From: Candidatus Roslinia caecavium
GTDB lineage: Bacteria > Bacillota > Clostridia > Monoglobales > Monoglobaceae
NCBI GenBank assembly: GCA_904419955.1
Contig: CAJFTO010000009.1
Location: 4,298 to 68,297 of the forward strand
DNA length: 64,000 nt
Direction of reading: 5' to 3'
The notes below the pieces were generated by a model. The model was not told where the DNA came from, searched no databases, and saw only the letters and a program-made list of their open reading frames with translations. Positions 9,354 through 21,100 of the stretch are shown piece by piece (position 1 is the stretch's first letter; each line of letters starts with the position of its first letter). The position numbers and the translations under genes were made by a program.

Positions 9354-10541
9354 ATGATGGATGAAAAGATATTGGGGCTTAAGGAGCGTTTTATAAAAGA
9401 ATTCGGCGAGAGAGGAGAGCTGTACGTATTCAGATCCCCGGGCCGCGTCAACTTGATCGGCGAGCATACGGATTATAACGGCGGTTACGTTTTCCCCGCG
9501 GCTCTCACGATGGCCACGACGATAATTGCGAGACCGAGAGAGGACAGTATCGTTCGCATGATGGCGACCGATCTCGGCGAGATGGTAGAGGGAGATCTAA
9601 ATACGATAGACGAATATAAGGATCTGAAATGGGGCAACTATCAGTTCGGCGTGTTTAAAGAACTGAGAGACAACGGCTATAATATAGTCGGCGCCGATAT
9701 GCTCTACGACGACACCACGCCTCACGGCGGAGGTCTTTCTTCGTCCGCGGCGATAGAGGTAGCGTCGGCTATAGCCATGGCGTATCTCGGCGGCCGCCGC
9801 GACATAGACGGTATAGAGATCGCTAAGATCGGGCAGATGGCGGAGCACCATTATATCGGGGTCAACTGCGGCATAATGGATCAGTTCTCTTCGGCTATGG
9901 GCAAGGAAAACCACGCTATATTTTTAAACTGCAAGACGCTGGAATACGAGCTTGTCCCGGTTGAACTGAGCAAGCATGGAATAAAGATCGTGGTTTCCAA
10001 TACCAATAAAAAGCGTTCGCTGGCGTCGTCCAAGTATAACGAAAGACGTTCGGAGTGCGAGGCCGGACTTAAGATACTTCAGAAATATATACCGGACGCG
10101 GATTGTCTCGGAGATATAAGCCTCGACGAATTTGAAAAATACGAGGATAAGATCGAGGACGAAGTAATAAGAAGAAGGATCAGACACGTAATATCAGAGG
10201 ACGACAGGGTAAAAAGATCCGTGGAAGTATTGAATAAGGGCGATCTCGAGGCGTTCGGCAGGTTGATGAACGCATCTCACGACTCGCTTCGCGACGACTA
10301 CGAGGTCAGCTGCGCAGAACTCGACACGCTGGTAGAAGAGGCGAGAAAAGTGGACGGCGTACTCGGTTCGAGGATGTCCGGCGCCGGATTCGGAGGCTGC
10401 ACCGTAAGCCTGATTAAGGACGAGAGCGTAGATAAATACATAAAACAGGCGGGAGCCGCATACAGAGAAAAAATAGGTTACGACGCCGATTTCTATATCT
10501 CTGAGATAGGCGACGGAGGAAAATTCTTAGGTAAGATATAA
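9354..10541 (+). CDS. galK: galactokinase
   Basis: ORF from 9294, with the likely start at MMDEKILG (9354/9357). Signature GRVNLIGEHTDYNGG and GHMP motif GGLSSSAA. Confidence 0.9.
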   Translation: MMDEKILGLKERFIKEFGERGELYVFRSPGRVNLIGEHTDYNGGYVFPAALTMATTIIARPREDSIVRMMATDLGEMVEGDLNTIDEYKDLKWGNYQFGVFKELRDNGYNIVGADMLYDDTTPHGGGLSSSAAIEVASAIAMAYLGGRRDIDGIEIAKIGQMAEHHYIGVNCGIMDQFSSAMGKENHAIFLNCKTLEYELVPVELSKHGIKIVVSNTNKKRSLASSKYNERRSECEAGLKILQKYIPDADCLGDISLDEFEKYEDKIEDEVIRRRIRHVISEDDRVKRSVEVLNKGDLEAFGRLMNASHDSLRDDYEVSCAELDTLVEEARKVDGVLGSRMSGAGFGGCTVSLIKDESVDKYIKQAGAAYREKIGYDADFYISEIGDGGKFLGKI

Positions 10542-10576
10542 CTTCGTTTAAAACTAATTTAATATAATTCCCCCAA

Positions 10577-10606
10577 GAGCCGGGCGTCGTCCCGGCTCGT
10601 TTTTTG
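10577..10606 (+). terminator. rho-independent terminator after galK
   Basis: gagccggg-cgtcgt-cccggctc followed by tttttt. Confidence 0.85.
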
Positions 10607-10610
10607 CGTT

Positions 10611-10708
10611 AGAAAAAGCCATGAGATTCGATCATGGCTTTTCATAAAATTGATAGTATTGGGAAGAAATCAATTTTCACCCGACTGCGCGGTTTGCGCA
10701 GCCGGGAT
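10611..10708. repeat. 98-bp module, copy 1 (two hairpins, bidirectional terminator-like)
   Basis: By-eye alignment shows no differences from 15076..15173. Contains aaaaagccatga..tcatggctttt and cccgactgcgcggtttgcgcagccggg. Lies 3' of the minus-strand 1372-aa gene. Confidence 0.9.
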
Positions 10709-10770
10709 TTTATATTTAATTTAATCTTGTCTTATGATAGACTGTTGGTTTAGCATTTTCTATATCAATG

Positions 10771-13700
10771 CTATTCGTTTGTATATTCCTCGCACAGAGG
10801 CTGCATACCTTCGAGCGAATCCCAGAGGAATATCTTATAGGTATCGCCTTCGACGGTTCCCACTTCGATATCGTTTTCAGCGCCTACCGGAGCGTATTTC
10901 ATATCGGTCAGCGTTCCGTTTGAATAGCCGGCCAGTACGACTACGGCCTTCGCTGGGAAGTCGGACCCTTTGACGATCGAAACGATTCCGGTATTGCCGT
11001 CGTAGCCCGCTATCGCCGTTTGCTCGGTAGAACCGCCGTTGCTCTTTATAACGAGCGAATAGAGGTCCGGGAGCCAACCGTTATCGTTGTAGAAGGTGAC
11101 GTCTCCGCTGTAATCGGCGCTGAGCGTCAGCGTTATCTCTTTCATATGATGCGTTTTTGAGCCGATTTCTGCAAAGTCGTACGCGGCTTTTGAAGAATCG
11201 ACCGTAAAGTCCGCGGGGTCTGCGTTCGGCAGATCTACTATAACGGGGAGTTCGTTGCCGCCGAAATAGTATATGGTATATTCTCCGGCCGGAAGCTCAA
11301 CGTTCTCGATAGTGGGTTTATTGTCGTATTCTCCGCTCTTGCCTATATAGTTTATATAGACGCTTGTGAAAGCCGAATTGAGCGTTGTAGGATCGCTGGG
11401 ATCTGCGAAGATAGCTTTGAGCTCGTCGCTTACGTTATCCGTGAACGTACCGCGAGAGTCGTTTGTATTGATCCTGGCGCTTTTTGTGCCGGAATCGTTT
11501 TTACCGGTGTTGAAGTATTTTGTTCCCGACGGGTGATTTCCCGCCGTACCGGCGTATATTCCGACTACGGACGGGTCGGTAATTATCGGCTTTTCCTCAT
11601 GCAGGAATACGTTAAGTTCGCTGATCGCCCAATAGCACGACGGATCCGCTTCGGTTATTTCCATTCTGATATACCGCGCTTCCTGCTCGGGGAAGTCGAT
11701 AACCAGCTGCGCTTCGTTCGACGAATTTCCGGAGACGATCGGATCGCCGAAATTCTGGCCGTCGTTAGAGACGTATACATTATAGCCTCTCGGGTGATCC
11801 GACGTCGTTCCGTTATTGTCTATCACGATCCTGTTGAATACCTCTGTAGCGCCAAGATCGAGGACTATATACTTTCCTACTTCCTGATAGCTTGCGTGCC
11901 AACGGGAATCGAGGTCGCCGTCCCACGCGGCGCTAAAACTTGACGAATTATTCGAAGCCGATCCCGTCCAGTTCGTCCTGTCGAGTCTGCCGTCCGCCTG
12001 GAGGAATTTGACGCTGCTTAAGTTGACGTATTTACTGTCCCCGCCGCTCGCGCCAGCCGCGTCGAATACTACGATGACGTCGTGCGTTCCGCTAACCGTT
12101 TCGCTTAAAGTAGCCGTAGCCTCGACCCAGGTCGATTCCGAACCTGTATTGGGAACTTCTATCGTCGCGATAGGCTCGGTCCCCACGTTGTCGAGCTTGA
12201 TCTGAAGCGTGAAGCCTTCGTAGAGACTCGACACTCTCGCGCTGACAGTACCCGCTCCGACGTCTCCAAATTCAACGTTTTCATATATGATGTGGTCGTC
12301 GTAGTTATGCATATTTCTGACGTACCAATCCTGTCCTACAGGAGTGATCGTCTCGACATTGATCTTGCTCTCGGAGGACGTGGCTGGCATATTGCCGTAC
12401 GCGTCTTTCGTCTCGCCGCTCTGACCGTCGTCGGGACCGCCCGACGGCTGCTCGGGAAGCTCGGGGAGCGTATAACCCGCCTCGCCGCTTGTTTCGATCG
12501 TAATGCCGGAGCTATCGAGCGTACCGTTCCATTCGATCACAAGCTCCTTATCGTAGCCGGTTCCCTCTCTGGTAAATTCGACCGGCTTGCCGTTGATCGT
12601 GACAGTGGGCTCGGAGTCTCCGAAGTTATCGAGAAGATGGATCTTGGTAACTTCGATAGGGTTCTCGATCTTAACGGTCATGCTCTGATTTTGGTTGACC
12701 TCTCCGCTCTCGGTACAGCTGACGGTTCCGTAGCCCTCGGGCGATACGAACATGCCGTCGGTCATTGTGTTGTTCATCTCGGGCAGAAGTCTGGGCTGTA
12801 CCCAAATTTCCTTGGTTCTTTGGTTGCGGTAATAACCGACGACGTCGTTATAATTTCTCCAAAGCCCGGGCATACTGATGTATTGATTTCCGCCGGAAGT
12901 GTTCGTCGCCGCATAGTTCGGCTCGGTTACTGCGGGGAGGATATCGAGCGGGTGATTGAATACTTTATTTCTGTCGGTATACTGTCTGTTATACGAGTCG
13001 CGCTGCATCGCTTCAAAGATATTCTCTCTTCTTGTGTGGAGTAAAAGTCCGCCGTAGTGAGCGAGCATATAAGGCGTCCACTCGTCGTAAGTTCCTTTAA
13101 GCGTGCCCATACCCCAGTAATAGGGATGATAAAACTCGTCAAGTTCGTCCAAAACGTAATCGGTTTGCTCGTCCGACCAAATTTGTCCAAGCTTTAAGTG
13201 CATCGACAGCCACTGCCCGGTGAAGAACGATTCGCTTACGCGTTTGTCTTCGGGGAAGTTGTCGCTTAAATAACGATCTGCGAACGACTTGACTACAGTG
13301 TCGTAAGCCGTAGTGTATTTCGCAGTCTCGTCGGCTTCGCCGCGTTCTTCGGCAATGAGAGCCATGATCTTATACGCGACCGCCGATAAGCTTGCGTTAT
13401 AAGGATTCGGATTGCCGCCCGCGTCGTACGAGTTCTCGGAATCGTCAAAGGTGTACGGATACTCTTCGCTGCCGTACAGCTCGACTTGAGTCAGTATGCG
13501 GTCTCCGGCTTTCTTCATGTACGGCCAGAAGTAGTCGAGCATCGTCATTCCCGCGGAATCCGGATCGTTAAGTATGCCTTCCGTATAGGGATTACCCGCG
13601 ATCTGCATAGTCTCATAGATGGAGATTATCAGCGCGCAGTTGAGGTCAACCCACTTATCTATGTTTCTGTAATCCTCATGTTCAGTATCGTCCCATGCGA

Positions 13701-14889
13701 CCAATTCGGCGCGTTCGGCTTTGTTTTCGACCGGCGTGTTGAAGTCGTGGTGTATCTGTCCGTCGTTTCTCTGAGTTCTCGACCAGTATTCAAGCTCTCT
13801 CCAGGTAAAGAACGGATTGAGCTGAGTTATGATCTGTCTTGCCAGCCACATCTGATCCATAGTTCCGAAGCAGGTCCATTCGCCTTCGGAATACGCTACT
13901 CTTCCGTCTTTTTTATACATAGAGTTATTGGAGATGTTGACCAAAGTGTTCTGGATCTGATTTCTGAACCAGTCAGGGATATTGGAATTTCTCATGTTGT
14001 CAACAAGCTCTTCCGCGTTGGACTTAAGCATATCGAAGTTATCGAGACCCATCTGCGCGAAGTAGCCCGGGTTATCGGCGAAGTTCAGGTAATAATGCCA
14101 GTCGGGTTCGGAGTCGTCGTACCATGCGAGGACAAATTTTACTTCAGCGGTCTCGCCCGGATCAAGATTGACTTTTACGGCGACTTTATTGGTTCTGCCG
14201 CTGATCGAGTTGTTGAGCTCGCCGGTGGAATTGAATCCTGAGTCGTTTCCTACGGTCACGACCGCGTCCTGAGCGTCCGAATCGGCGTAGATAGCCCAAT
14301 TTGAGCCGTTAAAACCTTTCCCCTCGACATATTTAGGAGTATCGCCGGTCGTGAGCTGGAACGCGCACGAAGCGTCCGCGGCCTCCGATCCGGTATTCTC
14401 GAGCGTCATTTCATAAAACGCATACGGCATACTCATGTTGTCCGAGTTTTCGCTGTCGAACGGCGAAAACGCTTTAAGGTTTACCTGAACGTCGTTGGTT
14501 GAGCCCATATTGGCGTAGTGCATCGGCCAGATCGCGTCGTCGTCCGAACGTCCGTCGGTTACGACCGATTTCATAGCGTCCACGGTTTCTACCGAATTGT
14601 TTCTGTTTGTGTAGAGCTGGAACTTAGCGTCGAGCGAACTGTAATCGTACGCGTCGGCGGGCGCCTTGGTCAGCGCTGCGAACGTGCCGCGCTGCGCGTT
14701 AAATTTAACGCCGCCTGTTCCAAAGCCGCCCAAAGGAACTCCGCTGGTTCCGTCTACTTGAGTTTCATTAGCCTGCGTTTCATCTCCGCCCGCTGCGAAG
14801 ACGGGGATATTGACCAGGCTTGCTAACATTGAAATCATAATCAACGCTCCTATAAGTCGTTTCCACAATGTTTTCATAAATTTTATCAT
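10771..14889 (-). CDS. secreted multidomain glycoside hydrolase (GH116/DUF608-like N-terminal catalytic region, CBM6/35-like module, F5/8 type C/CBM32 module)
   Basis: 1372 aa with a signal peptide. PLGGFGTGGVKFN resembles the GH116 N-domain start. A discoidin-like stretch runs WDGDLDSRWHA..YNVYVSNDG..YIRMEI. The family call is from memory only. Confidence 0.7.
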   Translation of the reverse strand: MIKFMKTLWKRLIGALIMISMLASLVNIPVFAAGGDETQANETQVDGTSGVPLGGFGTGGVKFNAQRGTFAALTKAPADAYDYSSLDAKFQLYTNRNNSVETVDAMKSVVTDGRSDDDAIWPMHYANMGSTNDVQVNLKAFSPFDSENSDNMSMPYAFYEMTLENTGSEAADASCAFQLTTGDTPKYVEGKGFNGSNWAIYADSDAQDAVVTVGNDSGFNSTGELNNSISGRTNKVAVKVNLDPGETAEVKFVLAWYDDSEPDWHYYLNFADNPGYFAQMGLDNFDMLKSNAEELVDNMRNSNIPDWFRNQIQNTLVNISNNSMYKKDGRVAYSEGEWTCFGTMDQMWLARQIITQLNPFFTWRELEYWSRTQRNDGQIHHDFNTPVENKAERAELVAWDDTEHEDYRNIDKWVDLNCALIISIYETMQIAGNPYTEGILNDPDSAGMTMLDYFWPYMKKAGDRILTQVELYGSEEYPYTFDDSENSYDAGGNPNPYNASLSAVAYKIMALIAEERGEADETAKYTTAYDTVVKSFADRYLSDNFPEDKRVSESFFTGQWLSMHLKLGQIWSDEQTDYVLDELDEFYHPYYWGMGTLKGTYDEWTPYMLAHYGGLLLHTRRENIFEAMQRDSYNRQYTDRNKVFNHPLDILPAVTEPNYAATNTSGGNQYISMPGLWRNYNDVVGYYRNQRTKEIWVQPRLLPEMNNTMTDGMFVSPEGYGTVSCTESGEVNQNQSMTVKIENPIEVTKIHLLDNFGDSEPTVTINGKPVEFTREGTGYDKELVIEWNGTLDSSGITIETSGEAGYTLPELPEQPSGGPDDGQSGETKDAYGNMPATSSESKINVETITPVGQDWYVRNMHNYDDHIIYENVEFGDVGAGTVSARVSSLYEGFTLQIKLDNVGTEPIATIEVPNTGSESTWVEATATLSETVSGTHDVIVVFDAAGASGGDSKYVNLSSVKFLQADGRLDRTNWTGSASNNSSSFSAAWDGDLDSRWHASYQEVGKYIVLDLGATEVFNRIVIDNNGTTSDHPRGYNVYVSNDGQNFGDPIVSGNSSNEAQLVIDFPEQEARYIRMEITEADPSCYWAISELNVFLHEEKPIITDPSVVGIYAGTAGNHPSGTKYFNTGKNDSGTKSARINTNDSRGTFTDNVSDELKAIFADPSDPTTLNSAFTSVYINYIGKSGEYDNKPTIENVELPAGEYTIYYFGGNELPVIVDLPNADPADFTVDSSKAAYDFAEIGSKTHHMKEITLTLSADYSGDVTFYNDNGWLPDLYSLVIKSNGGSTEQTAIAGYDGNTGIVSIVKGSDFPAKAVVVLAGYSNGTLTDMKYAPVGAENDIEVGTVEGDTYKIFLWDSLEGMQPLCEEYTNE

Positions 14890-14945
14890 CTCCCTGATTT
14901 ATGTTATATTTTTTATTAAATTATAGCAGTTTTTACTATATATAT

Positions 14946-14979
14946 AAAGTCAAAAAATATGGTTTGTTAGACAAAATGT
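14946..14979. promoter_or_regulatory. 34-nt conserved upstream box, copy 1 (candidate operator or activator site)
   Basis: aaagtcaaaaaatatggtttgttagacaaaatgt matches 21409..21442 at 30/34 positions. Lies about 60-90 nt upstream of the 1372-aa gene start. Confidence 0.4.
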
Positions 14980-15075
14980 GCAAAAGCCGGACGCGGTAAA
15001 TCCGAGACCGTTTAAGGGCGGGATAAGGGCGTCGGAGCCGATATTATGTTTATAGAAATACTGTTTTAAAAAATA

Positions 15076-15173
15076 AGAAAAAGCCATGAGATTCGATCAT
15101 GGCTTTTCATAAAATTGATAGTATTGGGAAGAAATCAATTTTCACCCGACTGCGCGGTTTGCGCAGCCGGGAT
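15076..15173. repeat. 98-bp module, copy 2
   Basis: Same sequence as 10611..10708. Ends 8 nt from the stop codon of the GH3 gene. Confidence 0.9.
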
Positions 15174-15181
15174 ATTGTTTT

Positions 15182-18100
15182 TTAGATCAAATTGTCGATA
15201 CCGCCCGCGTTATATACGTTTAGATATCCCAATTCTGACGCCGTATCGACGGCTTTCGCCGAACGCGTCCCGGACGCGCAGTAAACGATTATGGTCTCGT
15301 CCGGCGATTGAGTTTTGAGCCAGTTTGCAAATCCGTCGCTCGGAACGTTTACAGCTCCGGCGATCCCGTTTGCGGAGAACTCTTCCGCGCTTCTCAGATC
15401 GACGAGTACGGCTTCGCCGCTCGAGCTGAGTTCAAGCGCCGTCTCCGGAGAGATCTCGCTCTGTCTCGCCTCTGAAAGGTCTATCTGCGCCTGCTCGGAA
15501 TCGCCGTATAGATATAATACGCCGTTCGATTCCTCGAGCTCGGTTATATCGAAATCGCATACCTGTTTTAAAGTCGCGCATTTAGTGCAGATCGGCATGG
15601 TTATCAACAGACCGCCGTCGCAGCCCAAGTACATCTGATCGCCTGACACAAGCATGTCGTTTATGATAAAATCGCTCGTTTCCACGTCGGCCTCTGCAAA
15701 GTCGGTCGGCGTCGCGTCCATCCATACCGTTCCCGCGGGGCTTGTGATTATCTGCGTAGCCCCGGTCTCGTTGTCCTCGACGAGACCGGCGATAATTCCG
15801 TTCCAGTTAACTAACTTCTTAAACGTAACGTTTTTCCCATACGTTTCGTTATAGCTGAGCTTTGATTCGGAAGAGTCGGATTTGTTGATTACGCTTATCG
15901 TATCGCCTACCACGCTTACCTTTGCGTTGGCGTTTTCGGCGGTCAGCTCCGAGGGATCTTCCGCGGCGCTCGCCGTCGAGCCGTCGGCTCTCGTGTACAT
16001 CAGGTGCATGAAATCGAAGTTCCCGCAGTACTTGCCGGTAGTGTTCAGCTTGGCGAACAGCCCCTTTCTTCCGCTCGAATTGATACGTATCCGATGGTCG
16101 TAATAGGTACTCCAGCTACCCTCGGTCGCTATTAGATTTACGGAGCCGAGCCTGTTTTCGTCGGTCAGAAGAGCGTTTATCTGGCTCTCGCTCGCGGAGC
16201 CTACGTTCACGCCGTCCATATCGACTGCGTAAAGAGTTACCGTAGCGGTACCCGCGTCGTCTCTTATAGCGGCGTTGACGTCTATTGCGACGAGTCCGTC
16301 CATAGTCTGTTCTCCGAAGTAGAAGACGTCTCCGTCGCGGGTGTTTTCAACTATGCTTCCGGTAGCGCCCGAGGCGGTATTTGCGCCGCCCCACTTATTC
16401 TGGAAGTTTTCAAACTGTATGTTGAATTCGGTTATTATTTCCGGAAGGGGCTCGGGAGTAGCCGTAGGCGTGGGCTCTACAGTCGGCGAAGGAGTCGTGA
16501 TCTCGACTTCGGCGTTGGCCTCGAAGAGAACGCCGTAGAGCAGTTTGTTTGAACCGCCGCCGTAGACGTATACGGGACTGCCGGCTTTTACGTTCGCCTG
16601 AACTATTGAGATCTCGCCGTTGCCGTATTTTTCAACAACCTCGCCGTCCTGTTCGATCGCCATGAATCTATCGGAGCTTGCGTTGAATATTGCCGTAACG
16701 ACTCCGTCGCTGTCGGGCGTGAAGTATACTTTGAGGGCGTTGTCCTCGCCGCGGCCGCCCTTCAGGCTTCGCGTAAAGGTATACGTTCTTCCGTTATACG
16801 TATAGGAGCCGCCTTTATCCGTATTCCAGCCGCCGTATCCGTCCATGCCGATTCCGCTTGACAGGCTTTGGCCTTTAGGCGAATTAAAGAAGGAGTCAAA
16901 TACCGGGTCGCTAAAGTTATACACGGTAAGCTCTTTGACCGTGGGCTCGCGGTATGTGATGCTTACGGCGTCGTCAAGCGGCGCTATGGATTCGTTGTTT
17001 TCCCATGCGAACAATTTCACGCTGTCGCCCTCGCTGAATCCGCCGAACGTATACGAGTCGGTCTCGGCGTTCATCTCTTGGGTCTCGTAGTTCGTCATCG
17101 TTCCGTTCTCGTCGTATACCGCGCTCGCCAGTATGCCGGAGTCGTAGGGGGAGGTAACCTTTATCTCTCCGTCTTCCAAGCAAACCGCGTCGAGGTCGGA
17201 AGTGTTGTAATTCAGTTTCATAAAGTCGAGATTGGCCGCGTTTGTCTGTACGTATATCGTGCCGCAGCCGTTTTCGTCGAGCGTGAGCTTGTCGAGTTCG
17301 TTGCGGTTTACGTCGGTTTTTACTTCGGTCCAATTAGACCATGAGCCGGTAGCCGGAGCCTCGACCGTGGCGAATATCCAATCCGAATTGGGCAGGAGCG
17401 AGACGTTGATAACGCTCGATCCACTGTTTTTGGAGATCCTAAATACGATATCGGTTAGTTTATCGAGTTTAACTCCGTCGAATCTGAGCCAATAGTCCTT
17501 AGAATTTCCGGCGTTGAGACCGCCGCTCGCTCCGCTCTTCTCGTCCTCAAGATCCGCGCCGCCGCCGTCGTCGGCGCTTTCGCCTTCTATCTGCAGGTTT
17601 GCGTAAACGACGATCGAACCGGATTTCTCGTTAGGATAATCGGAAGCGGTTATCTTAAACACGCCGTTCTCGTAAAGCGTGAGTCTGCCGGTGTTTATAT
17701 CTATCTCCGCGTTCCGTCTGCCGGAGCCGTCGAGTCTTTCGACCGACCAAATGAGCTGCGAATCGACCGGAGCGCCTTCGTTTAGCGCGGTCAGATCGAT
17801 GATCGCGGGATTGTCGACGGTGATCGTGCCGTCGATCGTCGTCTCCGTAGCGGTATATGTTCCTATTCCGCTCGGCGAATACTCTATTCGATTATCTACA
17901 ATAGCGTAGCTGTTAGTCGACGCTATCGAGTAGCTCTCCTCAAGCGCGATCCTCTCTATCGAACTGATCTCCTCTATCGCGGCTTCGACTTGCAGCGCTA
18001 CGCCGTCTTCTAATACCGCGTTTTCGACAAACTCGCGCGCCGAATTATACGTATCCTCAAGGAGTTTCCAGTTCTCCGCCGTGTACGCTATCTCGGGGCA

Positions 18101-21100
18101 GTTTGCAAAAGCGGCGTCGAGCTCGGCGAGATAGCCGTTCTTGGTTTCGTCGCTCATTCTCTCTTTTTTCTGCGTCACTACCGGGAAAGTCGTCGTAACG
18201 CTTTCGCTTCCGGCTTTAGAGGCGGTTACGGTTATGGTCGCGACGCCTTCGGAAGTTCCGGCTCTGACGACGCCGTTTTCGTCTACGGTCGCCACGTTGT
18301 TATCTGAGCTGCCGTACGAAACCATAACGCCGTTTGCGGCGAAGTCCGTAACGACCGCGTCGTTCTTTAAGGTCACGCTTACGCCCGCGTCTATATAGTT
18401 TCCGGGTTCGTTTTCATGCGTTCCGGTCTTGTCGGTCGCTATATAGAGCTTGATTCCGGACGGGATCGCGTAAGCGCTCTTGAGAGTGTCGGCGATATCG
18501 CCGCTTACGCTGAAGGTTACGCTGTTTGCGTTCGCGATATCCGAACTGCCCGCTACGTACGCTGTGTATTCGCCGCTTATGACATAGTTCTTCTGAGTCG
18601 CTTCGTCGAAGAAGTATACGTCCGAAATATCGAGATCAAACGAAACGGTCTTGGTCTCTTGCGGCTGAAGCTCTACTCTCTCAAAGCCTTTGAGTTGTTT
18701 CAGCGGGAGGTTGTCGCCGTCCGCTCCGGGTACGGAGATATAAAGCTGAGCGACCTCCGTTCCAGCGACCGAACCGGTGTTTTTAACGTCGGCTGTTATT
18801 GTTATCGCATCATTGGCGTCCGCCGACTTCTGACTAACGCTTATATTTGAATATTCAAAGGTCGTGTAACTCGAGCCGTACCCGAACGGGTAGACCGGGG
18901 TACCTTTATAATACTGATATGTGCGTCCGGGGTATTCAGCGTCCGGATTGTTTATATCCTCCGTCAGTTCATAGCTTGTAAAATTGTAGTTGATGCCGTC
19001 GATATTTTGTCTTGAAGTGCCGATGGGCATTTTATCGAGATCTTCGCTTGTATACCAGGTAGTGGAGAGCTTACCGGATGGGTTGACCGTTCCGTTCAGT
19101 ATGTATCCGAGCGCCCTGCCCTGAGTCTGACCGTTATAAGAGGTCCAGAGCAGCGCCGCGCATTTGTCTTTAAAGCCCTCGACGTTTACCTGGCCTACGG
19201 TCTGAAGTACGACGACAGTCTTTTGGGGATACGCGTCGCAGAGCTGTTGAACGTGGGATTGGCTGTCGGGCAGATCTATAGATTCTCTGTCGTTGGATTC
19301 GCCGGAATCCGCCTTGTTCGTTCCGCCGTAGGCTATGATGTAGTCGGCGTTGTCCAAAGAGGATTTGTAGTTCTCGACTGAGAAGTCGGTGTTTGCGGTT
19401 ATCGTTATATACATGTCTCTGACTTCGGTATAACCGCCGGTAGCTCCGTTGTATACGCCGGTATTAACCTGATAATCGTCCTGACCGCTAGTGTCGGCGA
19501 TCTCGACGTTAGCTACATTCTGAGAAGCGCTGCCGTAGCCTATCGATACCGTGACGTTGGGCATGCCGGGCATTGAGGAAGCCTCGATCTGTATATCGGT
19601 GACGTTTGAAAAATCAACGTCGGGTATTATAGCAAGACCCGCTGAAGTGATATCGTTTAGCTGACCGTCCGACTCTGTCATACCGATAAGGTTTTCAGCT
19701 TGCGACAGATCCAAGGTCTCGTTTTTGCCGGTACTCTTGACAAGGGTTATGCTCTTGATATTGAAGAGCGGCGTGCTCTCGTCCACGTTTCCTATGTACT
19801 GAACGTTTGCGTTGGGGAACGCGCTTTTGATGCCGTCTATAGGAGATGTGAGTTCGGACGTCATCTCGTCCATGTCGGCCGAGTAATCGCCGAGCACGAC
19901 TTCGCCCGCAAGATTGCCGACGACGGCTATGTCGAGAGTATCGTCTTTGCTAAGCGGCAGGGTTCCGTCGTTCTCAAGAAGGACCCAACTCTTTTCCGCC
20001 GCCTCTTCGGCTTTTGCGACATGCTCGTCGGATTCGATCACGTCGGAGTCGATGTCCTGATACGTAGCTCCGTCGTCGAATTCGCCGGTCTTGAATCTCT
20101 GTAAGAAGAGTTCGTATACCGCGATGTCGAGCATATCTTCGCTGATAAGTCCCTGTTCGACCGCGGTCGCAACCTGCGCCGTGCCCGAACCGCCGCTGTT
20201 ACAATCCAGACTTGAGCCGGCCTCTATGGCTTTAGATACGGTCATAGGCGCGGTTATATTCTCTAGCGTTTCGTTGGGATAAAGCTTTTGACGGATCGGC
20301 TGCTGTCCGAAGAGGTTATCCCATGCGCCGCAGTCGCCGACAACAAATCCGTCGAAGCCGTAGGTGCGTCTTAAAAGGTCGTTGACGAGATACGAGTTTG
20401 CGCTCGAAGCTATGTAATCTATCGCCTGCCCTGTTGAAGAGGTGAGGATCTCGCCGTTTCTATATATAGTAGTTCCGTTATACGATGTCATAACGGCGCC
20501 CGGATCCGCGCTCTCTACTATATCTTTAAACGCTCTCGAGTAGTACTCTCTCATAGTACTCTCGTTCATGATAGACGTTCCGCTTTGGCGTTCGCCCTCG
20601 CAGTTGTTTGCCGCGTAATGCTTTAGCGTTGAAATAGTCTTAAGATATTTCTCGTCAGTTCCCTGCATACCCCGTACTGCCTGGGAACCGAGTTCGGAGG
20701 TCAGATACGGATCTTCGCCGTAGGATTCCTCGTTTCTGCCCCATCTCGGATCTCTCGCCATGTTGATGGTCGGGTTCCAATAGTTTAGGTCGTAACGGTT
20801 GTTTTTACCTCTCGCCTCTGTAGAGGTGATGTCCATAGTCTCAAAGATAAGGTCTCTGTCCCATGAGTTCGACATAGCGAGACTCGACGGGAAACTCGTA
20901 GCTCCGCCCTGTCTTGCAACGCCGTGAATGGCCTCTCTCCAATAGTAGTATGAGTGCACTCCAAGACGCGGGATAGCCGGAGCCCCTTTCGCCGCGGTCT
21001 GAGCCGCCTTCTCTTCGAGAGTCATTCTCGCCACCAGATCGGCCGCTCTTTCTTCAAATGAAAGAGAAGTATCCTGATACGGCAGGAGATCGTCGGAAAG

